A DNA stretch of 64,000 nucleotides from Eledone cirrhosa (GCA_964016885.1 OZ024742.1:184326001-184390000), one strand, 5' to 3'; numbered from the stretch's first letter, positions 12,119 to 25,831 are shown. Notes: generated by a model from the sequence alone, not told the origin. Numbers and translations are program-made.

Positions 12119-12575
12119 TAATATTTATTGAAGTAAAATGTGTATTCAGAATTTAAAATTGATGTCTCTTCTGTAGGATCTCATAGTTGTACTTCATAGT
12201 TACAATTTTTGTGGATGTCAAAGTGAGTTTTCATCTCTCTAGGAGGTCAATAAAGTAAATGGTAATAATATTTCTGTTTAATGAGATACATTCCTAAGGT
12301 ACAAACAGGAATGATACTTACTTTGGTTCCCTACAGTTAATGACAAGCTTCTGGAAGGAAAGTTTGAGTAAGGAGAACTTAAGATACAATTAAACATCTC
12401 TGTAATGTATTTGAGACATAGGTAAAGGGAAAGTAGTAGCAATGCTATGTATGTATTCTTACACCAGCTTTCAGTACTTGGCCAAACACTATTTGAGTAG
12501 AAAGAAAGATTGATATCAGATTACATACAGCAGATATGTTGCCCTCTACAGATGCCGATGATCTCTCTATTTATC

Positions 12576-12673
<98 letters not shown>

Positions 12674-13329
12674 TCATAGATAATTCTCATCGTTACAGAT
12701 ACTGGATGCTGCCTAGCATAGTTACGTCTCATTACGGTCTGAGTTCAAATCCCGTCAAGGTTAACTTTGCCTTTCATCCTTACGGGGTCGATGTACTGGT
12801 TAATTTCTGGCCTTGTGCCAAAAGTAGAAACAACTATTGCTGACTTTCACATATAGATATAAAGATCAGTGATTGTGGAAAGATATCTCATTAGAACTAT
12901 TTGAAACTCCTTCACATAACAAACTATGTTTTTCTATGCTTCCTTTTTATTTAAACTTATGAAAAAATCTAATAGATTGTTCATCAATAGATTTCCCTAT
13001 ATTCAGATGGAAATGAAAACATTATCAAATTTAATTATAAAATGGTTTACTATGATACAAAAAAAAAATCTTTTTTAAAGGATTATATTGTGATTCTAAT
13101 ATCTTTTATAATAGTTTCATTAGAATTTCTATTATTTCAATTGGAATAGAGCTACTATCTCATTTTACCAATAAAATGATATTTCTCTTTAAATCTTTTG
13201 ATACCAAACCATCAAATACTGTCCCAGTTTCTACAATACAAAACTGTTTATATTAAAGTTACACAATAAAATCACAAATATCAACTACAAAACAACTAAT
13301 AGACATATACTTATTTCATCCTATCTGCC

Positions 13330-14000
13330 TTGGGAGTCTAACAGGGTAACCCACCTGGACCTGCTCTATTCACACTGCGTATCTATGATGTTACCAAGGT
13401 GGGGGCTGACTTGGATTGGAATATCTGGATATCTTGATGTAGTTTTTTTTTAGGGGGGTGGGCGATCCATATAAGGTTCTTGCAACTGCAAGGACGATGT
13501 TTGGCCCCATGATTTTACAGGTTTTCATGGTGTGTCTTACCACCTGAATGCTTGTTGCTTTGCTTGCTACACCAAGCTAAACCAGATTATGAAGCAGGCC
13601 CAAATCTGATAAATATCACCTCAGTTCTGGAGTCAGCAGGATTGTCCAGAATTGATGGGAAGAGACCAGATGGTCTTACCCTTTGTCCTTGGGGAAGAAG
13701 TAGAAGTCTCCTCTGGGACACCACAGTCCGTGACTCTTTTGTTCCCTCCCACATTCTGGATGCTGTAGTAGATGTAGCCAAGCAAAATAAAATTCTAAAG
13801 TTCTGAGACTTATCGGTAAACTATTTCTTCCAGTCTGTGGCATTCAAGACATTCAAGAAAGCTGGATCACTGACAGTAAAGTTTTTGTCATTGTTAGCAG
13901 CTTGCCTTACCAAGGTGTGAGGTGATGCCTATGAGAGTAATTGGTTGTTTCTGCGCTTTAGCCTCACCATCACCCATAATAATGCTATGAGCATTAGGGG
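13330..14000 (+). mobile_element. CRE-clade non-LTR retrotransposon remnant (restriction-like endonuclease)
   Basis: LESAGLSRIDGKRPDGLTLCPWGRSRSLLWDTTVRD is the REL PD..D motif, preceded by a degenerate HG.SC zinc motif. It is nested in a piggyBac-like MITE (about 13194-14412). Confidence 0.75.
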
Positions 14001-15124
14001 GGAAGTTCCAATGACCCTTATGGTGTTTGACCAATTAATGCACTTAGTGTTGAATTGATGTTTTTTTTTGCTTTGATTGTATATTTTCATGTATCATATT
14101 TATAAGGTTCCATGAATACCATTCTTAAGTTAAACATCATGGTTATAATATATTTTCTTTCATTTTGAATTTATATTTTAATGTGGAATATTTATCTGGA
14201 ATATTTATCTAATTTATCTAAAAAGTTATATTAAAGTTATATTTATCTAAAAATCTTCCATCATAATTTTATGTAAGTTATGTTCTCTGTTAAGTTATGT
14301 TTCTAACACCAGCTTAATAATCAGAAAGTTTGTTATATTAGTAAATCCCTCCAAATTCTTGATTATTTCTATAATTAATAGAAAATCATAGAAATATGAT
14401 ATCAAAAGGGTTCTTCTTGTCAAAATATAAAATTCAGTTTTAATAAGAGCCTTGCATTAGTTGCTTATAGTGATATTTATAAAAGTGAATATGTAAAGGT
14501 ATAGCTAAAAATATACATTTGTAACTCTAGCACAAGGTTTGTTTGGAGGAGATATCTTTTGCAGCTGTCATTAATTTTTTTTTTCTTTTTGTAGTTTTTT
14601 ATTTTTTTATTTTTATGAATTCCAATCATGTGACAGACAGACAGACAGACAGAACAAAAAAATCATAATCTTAGTAACTTCAGAATGATTGCCTTCCTCT
14701 CTGCCGTAGTCCTAATGTCAGGGTTATTAACCTTAGAATAGGTTTTTTAATTGTTATTGTTTTTTATTAGTATTTCAGCTCCACTTCAATAACTAACCTT
14801 AAACATACATGAAAGTAACAGTACCATAGCATTTCTACCCTCATTGACATTGTTTAGTAAGTATGCCAAACTGACATAGGAGTGATAGAAGTGTAGGGGG
14901 CGGGGAACTGGTAACACAGCAGTCATAAGTTCAAATACTGCTATGGGAGATTTCATCTTGTTCAGCAAAGTACATTATGGTACTAACCTCCATAATACTG
15001 AGCTGTAAATAAGATAAAGTATGCAACAACTGCAACAAATTTTCCTTTAAAATACCTGTAAATACCAATGACATGTGTGCAATGGCTGCTGAAATAGAAG
15101 ATATTGAACATTATAGTTAAGTAA

Positions 15125-15500
15125 GGGCACATGGATGGCTGTGTGGTTAGGTTTGTGCTGCTGCATGGTTGTGTGGTTAGATTTGTGCTACTGCATGGCT
15201 GTATGGTTAGGTTTGTGCTACTGCATGGCTGTATGGTTAGGTTTGTGCTACTGTGTAGTTAGGTTTGTGCTGCTGTGTGGTTAGGTTTGTGCTACTGCGT
15301 AGTTAGGTTTGTGCTGCTGTGTAGTTAGGTTTGTGCTGGTGCATGGCTGTGTAATTAGGTTTGTGCTGCTGTATGGTTGTGTGGTTAGGTTTGTGCTGCT
15401 GTGTAGTTAGGTTTTTGCTGCTGCATGGCTGTGTAGTTAAGTATGAGTGCAGCTATAGCTATGTAGTTAAGTATGAGTACAAGCATGGCAGTGTGGATAA
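15125..15500 (+). repeat. 21-30-bp minisatellite (atggctgtgtggttaggtttgtgctgctgc)
   Basis: More than 10 visible tandem units. Confidence 0.9.
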
Positions 15501-15524
15501 GTGTGTGTACATATATAAGTACCA

Positions 15525-16400
15525 TCATTATTTTTACATCCATTTTTCCATGCCTGCATGGGTTGGATAGGTCCTTCTCAGCACAGCATCTCTCCACACC
15601 TTGGTCCTTCATTATCATTTCTGTGAGTCTCAGCGATTGGAAGTCAGCTCTCACCATCTCTGCCCAGGTCTTTCTTGGTCTATCTCTACTGTGACTTCCT
15701 TCCACTGGGATTTCCTGGCACTTCTTCACCCAGCAATCATTATCCATGCATATCACATGTCCATACCAATACAGTTTTCTCCCCTGAAAAACACCTCAAA
15801 TTCTTCTTAAACCCAGCTGCTTCCTCAGCTCATTCAAGCTCTGCCTTTCTCTCACACTTATGTTGCCACAGCCAATGACGCATGGTTGCTTCATTTCTCT
15901 CCAATCTATGCCTATCCTCTGCAGTCACAGCCCATGTTTCACTACCATGCAGCATTGCACTTTGCACACTGTCATCCTTTTGAATGGGAGAAACCTATTG
16001 TTATCAACAGTGGGAGTAGCTCTCTAAACTTTTCCATCCTATCCTTATTCTAGCTATTATGCACTCAGAACACCCTCCTCCATTGCTAATTGTCACCTAG
16101 ATAGCAGAAGCTACAAACCACCTCTATAGACCCTTCCTGTGACTTGAAGAAGTTTATATCACTGATGCTCTGCCCCTTGATTCCCCCTGTACATATTCTA
16201 TATACAAAGTATTTCCTTATCCCACTACATCTCTTGTGTATCCAAGGTTTACAATGTTTACATCATAAAGAGCTTATGCCTACTCCTTTTCTTCATATTG
16301 AGCAGGGCCACTTCCTTGAGGGAATCAGGGTCCTATCTTCTTTCCTACTTACTAGCACTTTAGTTTTGGTTAAGTTTACTCTCAGACTTTTGATTCCAAA
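15525..16400 (-). mobile_element. old 5'-truncated RTE (degenerate); similar at 17990-18370 (-), 38810-38935, 49810-49985
   Basis: DCWVKKCQEIPVEG..RDRPRKTW and LQWYGHVMRM are RTE C-terminal motifs. (CAT)n tail and PHD remnants are present. Confidence 0.85.
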
Positions 16401-16786
16401 CTCTGTTTCCATAATCTGCCCACCAAGTAAATGTAAATGTGGGAAGACACCAGTCATCAAGATTATGTGTCATCTCATTTGTGAGGCTGACAAACTTTCT
16501 AAGTGTTGGTGCCATGATAAAATGCACTCATTATACACTGTAAAGTACCAGTGCTGGTACCATGATAAAATGCACCCAGTACACCCTTAAAAGTGATAGT
16601 GGTGGTGTTATGATAAAATGTACTCGGTACACTCAGTAAAGTGGTTGTCATTAGGAAGAGCATCTAGTTGTAAAAACCATGCCAAAATATGGAATATATT
16701 AGCAAGATGTGGTTATTCAACCATGTCTTGTCTTGACAATTCTCCAGTCCATGCCAACATGGATAACATGTAAAATGATGATGATG

Positions 16787-16834
<48 letters not shown>

Positions 16835-18639
16835 ATGGGTGTGTGTGTATGTGTGTGCATGCATATCCTCTATCAATGTATAATAGCAAGAAAACTGAAA
16901 AAAAAATGCTGCTTTATGAATGAAGTCCTTTAATGTATTTGTTCTGTATTGATTTACAGATACACCCTTGTCACTCTCGCTATCAGACATGCAGTGGATT
17001 TTTATTTATATTTGATACATATATGTAATTATAATATGCTTGAATCCATATCAAGTATCACGTAGACCACCGTATCATGTAGACCACTGTATCACGTAGA
17101 CCACCTTTCTCTCTCCTATATACACAGAAACTTATAAAATTATGAAAATATAAGCATACACACCCAAAGTCCATCACAATATACATAATTATAGTTTAAT
17201 ACATTTCCAACATGCATTGTGCTGGCTTTCTGAAACAGTTTTAGCAAAATGTAAATGTGAATATTTTCATGTATACTTGCCAACATACATAGATGGAGTG
17301 AACAGAACTAATTATAAGTAAAAATACACATACCCACATACCCACACATACTCATGCACACACAAATACATGCACATGCCAACACATACTCATGTACACA
17401 CAAATACACACACATGCCAACATATACTCATGTACACACAAATATACACACACTCTTAGCAAACTTTATCATAGGTTGGTTTTGTTATTAGTTCATTATC
17501 AGTAACAGCATTGAGATTCTAATGTTGTGTCTTGTACCAACCAGCTAAGAGAAATTCTCTCAACATTGCACATAAAGAGCTTTCGTGTGTTACACACACA
17601 CAATCTATTCTGATATTTCACACCGAATATCAAGATTACATTTATGGCAGCCTTTCTTTTTGTCTTGGTTATTTTAACTAAAATTGATGCTTATGTTATA
17701 ATCTAGTGATTGAACTTTTGTCTGTTCTTTTATTCTATTACTAGTTACAGTCTTTTGACTGCATATATACTAGGACAACACCTTCAAGGGCTTATAGTTA
17801 AAATATCAACACAACTATTTTCTCTAGGACTTACTTTATCAAACTTTTTATGAGAGATATGCAATTCATACTAGGCATAAAGAGACTTATCTGCATCGGA
17901 GCAGAGTACTACAAGGCAGTTTTAGTCAAAAACACCAAAGAAACCTCATATGAGATGTAACCTTATATTTCCATTGGCACCATTATTATCATCATCATCA
18001 TCATACATCCACTTTTCCCTGCTTGCAAGGGTGGGACAGGTCCTATTCAGCACATCATCTCTCCATTCGTCACGGTCCTGCGTCATTTCCTCCGTGAGCT
18101 TCAGTGATCTGAGGTCAGCTCTCACCACCTCTGCCGATGATTTTTGTGGTCTTTCTCTACTGCGTCTTCCTTCGACTGGGATTTCTTGGCACTTCTTTAC
18201 CCAGCGGTCATCCTCCATGCGCATCACATGTCCATACCACTGCAATCTTCTCTGCCACACACTACACCCTAATATACACAGTTTCTCTCTCAACTCGTCT
18301 AGGCTTGGTCATTCACACACATTGACATTGCACATCCAATGGAGCATGCTTTCTTCATTTCTCATCAACTCCAAACCTATTGGAGAGCAACTGAACCTTG
18401 GAGAGTTTACCTTCCTCAGCCCGAAGTGCAGCAGAACCTGGGTTAGTTGCAGCCAGCTTGACAGCCCAAATAGGTAGCAGTAACAACTATCACTACCATT
18501 AATAAGAGTAGGCCAACACCAGCAACAGTGACAATAACAACAACACTAGCAACAACAACATATATATTTCCAGGATTTAGAGATTCATTTTTAGTAACAT
18601 GGTTCTATGAGAAACTATTAACATGCTCACATATGTGCG

Positions 18640-19996
18640 TGCAGATCACTGGCGGCTCAGGTGGCTTCGTAAATTCCACTCAAGATCCCGAGAGCAGCCT
18701 GGGTTCTGGTAGCTGATGCCCTTGCTTCCTCAATCGAGAGGGCCCTGAACTCTAATCGAGCCAGTGACTGAGAGCGCCTTTTTTATTTTGCCCCACTCAC
18801 CCTTGGCCTCCCCAACTCTAGCGCTGACTGAGATGGCCTGTTGACAGCATCTTTTGTCAAAGCCAATGTTTCGTCCTTTGGGCAAGTGTCCATCCAAAGT
18901 GTGCCGAAGAACACCACACCCTCTGCTCTTGAGTGTATTCAATCCTCCACCCCTGAGGACAGCTGTAAGTGTTTACGCAACCGCGTAAATGCTAAATTAA
19001 TCGAGGACGATGTCTCGACTGCAATCAGAGTGTTTGCCTCGGAGGACACTGTCCTCCAGCCCACCGAGGAGTGTCTGGCTGCACTGCAGCTCAAGCACCC
19101 TTAGCCACCTGCTGACCTTAGACCCATACCCCCACCTGATCCTCACTTGCTCTTTGTGGCTTCCGACGCAGACATCATGTCTGCTATGAAGTCCTTCCCA
19201 GCCAGCATCAGCAGAGGTACCGATGGCTTCTGCTAAGGAGAGGGGGGATAACAACTCCTTGAGGTGGCCAGATCGGAGGCCATCAGTACCTCTGCTGATG
19301 CCGCCTTCTGAGTGCAATTGTGACACTCACTAATAGGCTCATCCATGTCACCCTGGACTCTCATGCCCAAAGCCTCTTTTTGGGGGGTTAGGAAGAAAGA
19401 GGGCGACATACGCCCCATCGCTGTGGGCAATGTCTTCTGGAGGCTGGCTGCTAAAGTGGTCTGCAGGTCCACCACACTTGAACTGGGTGAGGAGCTCAGC
19501 CCTGTGAACTGGGTGTCAGCGTATCCAGTGGCTGTGAGGGGTCCGCATATGCAACCAGGCAGTTCTTCAATAGCTGCCCACCGGAACCAGCGTCCAGGGA
19601 CTCCAGGCACCTCATTGTCAAGCTTGACATGAGGAATGCCTTCAACTGCCTATGCCGTGACCATCTGCTTGAGGCCTGCCTCAGCCAAGGCCTCTCTGAT
19701 TACCCACTGGCCTACCTGTCATATGGAGCCTCGAGCATGCTCCTTGCTGCTGATAGGGTCATACCTTCAGCCACTGGGGTCCAACAGAGTGACCCTTTGG
19801 GCCCCCTCCTATTTGCTCTTGGTATAGACCACATTGCTCGGAGTATCATAGCCCCTCTCAACGTTTGGTACCTGGGTGATACTACGTTAGGTGGGCCTGT
19901 GGAGACTGTCTGCCACGACCTACAATCGGTGGTTCCTGCTCTTCAGGTCAACTCACCCAAGATGGAGGTGGTGAATGTCCACCATGAGGCTGAGAG

Positions 19997-19997
<1 letters not shown>
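18640..19997 (+). mobile_element. CRE-clade retrotransposon RT fragment with frameshifts
   Basis: IRPIAVGNVFWRLAAK, KLDMRNAFN, GVQQSDPLGPLLF, WYLGD (degenerate YLDD). It ends abruptly in (TA)n. Confidence 0.85.
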
Positions 19998-20058
<61 letters not shown>

Positions 20059-21455
20059 TATGTATACGTACATACATATATCTGTACAGATGTACAGTAG
20101 TATGTATATATATACATACATGCACACACATATATATATATGTACGTATGGGTTTATCGAACATTTATTATAATGTTTGGTTTGTTTGTAAACAAACAGC
20201 CCGAATTACGCCGTACAGTGCTCGGCAACCATCGTCGCACTTTTGTTCAACACTGACACAGGAACGATGTACTAGTTTCAAGCTTATTAGCTATCATCAG
20301 CATCGTATACCTTTCTGTCAGATGATTGAACATTTGAAAGTATATACTTTCCTTATGCATATTAACGGCTGAGCAGCCTAATTTGCATATCGAGTGAGTT
20401 AGTCGGCCGGGCGTACCGAAAACGATAAATGGAAAAGAATGAAACAAAATTTCATTTCTCACTCTTAGTACGGCTGATACCTAAATATAAGTATGTATAC
20501 GTACTTATATTTAGGTATACTGTACACATATTAGTATGTACGTATACATACTTATATTTAAGTATCAGCCATACTAAGAGTGAGAAATGATAAAGATGTA
20601 AAAAATAAGTAAGCAATAAGTACAGAATATGATTGGTGATAATAGTAGTGGTGGTGGTGGTAGTTGAAGTTATAGTGGTGAGTAAGTGGATGTGTAAAAT
20701 AGTGATGATGGTAAAGATAACAATAACATGAAAAAAAATACTAAATACATATGTAGTATAAATGCAAGAGGTATAATCAAATCTCAGAGGATTAAAACTT
20801 AAAAAAATTAAGAAATAAAAAATAACATTATAAAAGATTAAAAAATAATAAATAAAAATAAGTAAGAGATAAGGGACAGGTGACAGAGAGTGAGGATAAG
20901 GATTCGGATGTGACATAAGGGGTAGGGCTAAGGACGTAGAAGGGGTAGATAGATAGATAGAGAATAAAAAGTGTAAGAGGCAGTGATGATATATGAGTTG
21001 TTAATGTCTGGCAGACTGATTGTTTTATCTTAATGGAGAGATAGCGTGAAAGAAAGGTTGAGAGATTTATAATGTTGATTTAATGACCAGTTGGTCAGTT
21101 GACAGCTAATAATAGTGGGGTGGTGTGGAGTTAGTACATTAACCTATGTAGTGCCATGTTAAGCTGCCTGATTTGTTAGAACTCAGGTACACTATACTTG
21201 ATTCCAGACTCACCTGATCACTGAAACAATTGTTAATACTGTAAATAAAACCCTTTTTGTACAGCCGACCATGTTATTCTTCACTCTTTCACTACTATTA
21301 CTCCAAGAATTACCTGCATGGGAATTCTTGCAAACTCGCTACCTAACTAAGGAAACTTCTTGTTGAGTCAAACAATGCCGTACGTTAAAACTATCCATAG
21401 TACAGAGTACTCACAACCTCTAACTGGATTACCTAAAACGATAACTTGTTATCCC

Positions 21456-21526
<71 letters not shown>

Positions 21527-21528
21527 AA

Positions 21529-22886
21529 AAAGTATGACCCCGACGGCAGAGCTCAAGCCATTTCGACGGCTATTTCTGGACTAAATTAGAATTTTTAGCC
21601 TGGTGAATAAATAACCGAACTTGTCAAGGGGTACTTCCTTATATGGGAAGATTGTAGTTGTCAAGAGGATTGGTTAAAATTTGTTGTAAACACAAATAAG
21701 TCTATCATGGCATTTGGTGGGAGGTAGGGGTGGCTGAACTTGCCTGTAGAACAATAGGGGAATTAGTGGAGCCAGTCAAGCGTTGAAAGTGATATGTATA
21801 CAGCAGATTCTAAAGATAGTGTATGAAGTGGAGGAGGGAGGTTATAGAATAGGTAATTCGAATGAGAATAGGAGACAATAAAAGATATAAAGAAAGAAAA
21901 AAATATATAAAATTAGATAGTGAGAAATGATTAAAAAAAATCACAATGCTATCTTACAATTACAGGTTAATAAGTTGAGAATAGAAAAAAAATTGTAGAA
22001 ATGGAGTAGTAACAAAAATGATACAAAATTAAAGGGGTCTAAAACATCTGCTATAAGTAGTTAGTAAAACGTATTCGGCCAATTCTATCTTAAAATTACA
22101 GGGGTGGGGGAACTGATGCTACAGAGGCCCGATGGGCTGCATCGGGATAGGCGAAAGGGGAAAAACAGACGAGGAAGAAAATAGGGGGTGGAGGGAAGTG
22201 ATAGGATGAGACAGGGGGAAGAAGAAGACATAGAGTAAAAGAAAAGAGATACATCTACCTATGTAAGCTGGGGTTTCCCCTAACTTATTTGTCTACCCAT
22301 CCGGGTCGTTATGGGGTTTGAGGGCAAGGTAAGTCCTACGCAATCTGCGTGTGCATGCGGTTACCAGTTCGTCTTTCTTGTTTAGGAGTTGGTCCTTCGA
22401 AAACAGCATTTGTAATGTCTCCTCCGAGCATAAGTTACACGGACGGCGTCCTCCCGTGTAAGAGTTAGCTCTGGACAGTAAGCTCCAAGTGAGATTGTAG
22501 GTTATATTATTATCTTGGAGGTCCCAGATGTGGCCCAAAAGTGTAGTGGCATGTCGCCAGACCGGGTTTCGGAAAGTATGTTGGTGTTGGTAGAGCCGGG
22601 TCTTGAAGTCACAAGTGGTTAATCCTATATAAGTTTTGTGTTTACAACAAATTTTAACCAATCCTCTTGACAACTACAATCTTCCCATATAAGGAAGCAC
22701 CCCTTGACAAGTTCAGCTATTTATTCACCAGGTTAAAAATTCTAATTTAGTCCAGAAATAGCCGTCGAAACGGCTTGAGCTCTGCCGTCGGGGTCATACT
22801 TTCTCCTATTTCCCACTCTACTCCCCTAAGTATTGAGTACTCTGGTGCGTTATGGTCTATCTGGTTCCTTACCACAATTCCTTCGT
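21529..22886 (-). mobile_element. 5'-truncated Penelope-like element: GIY-YIG endonuclease C-terminus (22293-22634) with inverted pLTR
   Basis: YIGLT..FKTR..QH...CNLCSEE...LLNKKDELVTAC. Inverted repeats of about 168 bp at 21529-21696 and 22635-22802, flanked by (TA)/(GA) microsatellites. Confidence 0.88.
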
Positions 22887-23243
22887 TATATATATATATA
22901 TAAGGAAGACATTATTAAAAGATTGTCAACATATTTTAGTTTGATGTAAGGAATGTAGAGAATAATAATAATAATTTCCAGCTCTGCGCACCTAACTTCT
23001 GCATGAACCCAGCCACCTAGCTGCTTTCTACTGCATATTGCACATTGAGCACATGCCTTTACGCTTTGGCTTCTAACTAACTCACCAATCTCTCCTCTCA
23101 TATCTCCTCTACTATCTCCATCTCTCTCTTTAAGACTGGTTACTCTTGAACTGTGTATATATATATATATATATATATATGTTTATATATATATGTAATG
23201 TTTTTTTGTATATATATATGTATATATGTTTATATATATTTAT

Positions 23244-23282
<39 letters not shown>

Positions 23283-23374
23283 TATACATATATATATATA
23301 TGTTTATACATATATATATATATATATGTTTATATATATGTGTGTGTGTGTGTATATATATATGTGTGTATGTG

Positions 23375-23407
<33 letters not shown>

Positions 23408-23413
23408 ATGTGT

Positions 23414-24868
23414 ATCATCATCATCATCATCACCGTTTTACGTCCGTTCTTCCATGCTAGCATGGGTTAGACGGGTTGTCCTGTTGTGGACAGTATCTGC
23501 TCGGCTGACCATGCCTTGCTCATACAGGAACTGATTTTGGCTTGATTTCTACAGCTGGATGCCCTTCCTAACACCAACCTCATTTACAGTGAGTGCTGGG
23601 TGCTTTTTCCGTGGCGCCTACACGACCACTTTACAGTGTGGGCTGGGTGCTTTTTTGCCGTGGCACCTCCACGACTACCTTGCAGTGGGAGGGTGTGGGG
23701 GCATATTATCTATATGCTTCAGCTTGTACCCATGGGAGGTCGGGTACTCTGTATTACTGCGTGACGCCAGAGGTCTCGGTCGTGTGTCATCGCCTTTGAG
23801 AGGTGTAATTGGGTAAGGTCGGCTTTTATCACCTCATCTCAGGTCTTCTTGGTTCTCCCCACTCCGCGGTTTCCATTGACTTCTAGTGCTCTGCACCTTT
23901 TTATGCAGCTGTCATCCTTCATACGCATCACATGTCCATACCAATGCAACCGCCTTTCCTGCACACAGCATTTGATTCCTCTTATGCTCAGTCTCTCTCT
24001 CAATTCATTTATGCTTTGTCGTTCGCGTATATTACTATTACACATCCATCGGAGCATGCAGGTTTCGTTTCTTTCTAATCTACGTAAGTCTTCCACCTTC
24101 AGCGCCCAGGTCTCACTACCATGTAACATTGCTGTTTGGATACACGCATCATACAGTCTGCCTTTCATTTTGAGAGAGAAGCCTTTTGCAGCTAGCAGTG
24201 GCAGTAGTTCCAAGAACTTCTCCCATCCCGTTCTTACCCTAGTTATTGTAATTTCTGAACACCCACCTCTGCTGCTAATTCGGTCACCTAGGTAGCAAAA
24301 GCTGTCTACTGTTTCTACAGAGTCCTCCCAGAGATTGGTGGTACTTGTTTCCTGTGGCTGTTTGCTGCTTGCTGTCCCAGCACAGCTGCTACATGTGAAG
24401 CCTACATGCTTAATTAAGCTTCCTGAGATCCCGCTACATCTCTTGTGTACCCATTGTTTGCATTTGAGGCAGAGAATGGACTTCCTACCTACACCTTTCC
24501 TACATACTGAGCAAGGCCATTTCCCTGAGAGGATCTGGGTTCTGTTTTCTCGTCTACTTACAAGGACCTTAGTCTTTGTCATGTTGACTTTGAGACCCTT
24601 TCTTTCTAGTCCCTGCTTCCAAGTTTGGAATTTCTTCTCTAGTTCTACCATAGATTCAGCTATAAGTGTGAGGTCATCTGCATACAGGAGTTCCCATGGG
24701 CACCCGGTCTTAAACTCCTCCGTTATTGCCTGCAGGACTATGATGAACAGGAGAGGGCTAAGAACAGAGCCCTGGTGGACACCAACTTGTACGCTAAATT
24801 CCTCGCTATACTCATTGCTAATCCTAACTTTGCTGACTGCTCCCCTATACTTGGCTTGTACAGCTTTC
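23414..24868 (-). mobile_element. 5'-truncated RTE LINE (RT with PHD insert), premature stop near C-terminus
   Basis: GVHQGSVLSPLLF, YADD, PHD C-x2-C...H-x2-C, FCYLG, (GAT)n tail. The 5' junction is in (TA)n. Confidence 0.95.
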
Positions 24869-24869
24869 T

Positions 24870-24903
<34 letters not shown>

Positions 24904-25113
24904 TAGATAAATATACACAGGTGTGTATGATTGTGTATAGAAGATTATATTAATAAGAGGAATTCCAACTTTGTCTGATTTACTCGTTTTATTTACAATC
25001 CTTTAAAATTTATAATGGTATTATAATGAAATAGTATGATAGAATATTAAATGTTAATATATATATATATATATATATATATGAATATACGTATGTATGT
25101 GTATATATGTATG

Positions 25114-25472
25114 TGTGTGTTCAAATCATAAGGGACACAAACCGCCAGGGTGAAGAAAATACTGACTAAAGATAGTATGATTCACAGAACTCAATTAAAT
25201 GGATAAATTAAGATATACAAACCGACTATGATAATTATCAACATTCAGACAGCTTTAAGGTAGAACTATTTCACAATTCAGTGAAGAGAATTATTGATTC
25301 AAATCTTATCAATGGATGTTCAAGCCAGTAACCCATTCACTACTAAATTTCTTAGAAGACTAAAATACGCACATGTGTTAAGAGACAAAAGTCGGTTTGT
25401 ATATCTTGATTTATCCTTCTAATTAAGTTCAGTATTTTCTTCACCATGGCAGTTTGTGTCCCTTATGATTTG

Positions 25473-25480
<8 letters not shown>
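25114..25480. repeat. inverted-repeat element (~90-bp arms) between microsatellites
   Basis: tgttcaaatcataagggacacaaac...gatatacaaaccgact is inverted at agtcggtttgtatatc...gtttgtgtcccttatgatttgaaca. Confidence 0.8.
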
Positions 25481-25525
<45 letters not shown>

Positions 25526-25716
25526 GTTCATCTCTTTACTGTGTTATAAAGCTCGGACATTTTTTCCTTGAGCTAATTTGATTATAAGGGACTATTGTGA
25601 GTTTTAAACTCAATATGTAATTTTATATGTGTGTGTGTGAGTCCCATGTTCAATTGGGGGTAACCACAGTAAGTGAAGTACTCAATACATTAGTAGAGTG
25701 TATACAAAATTGAATA

Positions 25717-25831
25717 TAGAAATGGCTTCTTTAGAAATAGAACTGTTTCATTCAAAAGAAATCATCAGGAAAGCTGTTCCTGATGATTTCCTTTGAATGA
25801 AACAGTTCTAGTCCTGTAGAAGCCATTTCTA
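25717..25831 (+). ncRNA. putative minimal hammerhead ribozyme within a fold-back (Penelope-type remnant)
   Basis: CTGATGA(25780)-TTTC CTTT GAAT-GAAAC(25799)...GTC(25811), with inverted arms of about 55 bp. Confidence 0.5.
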
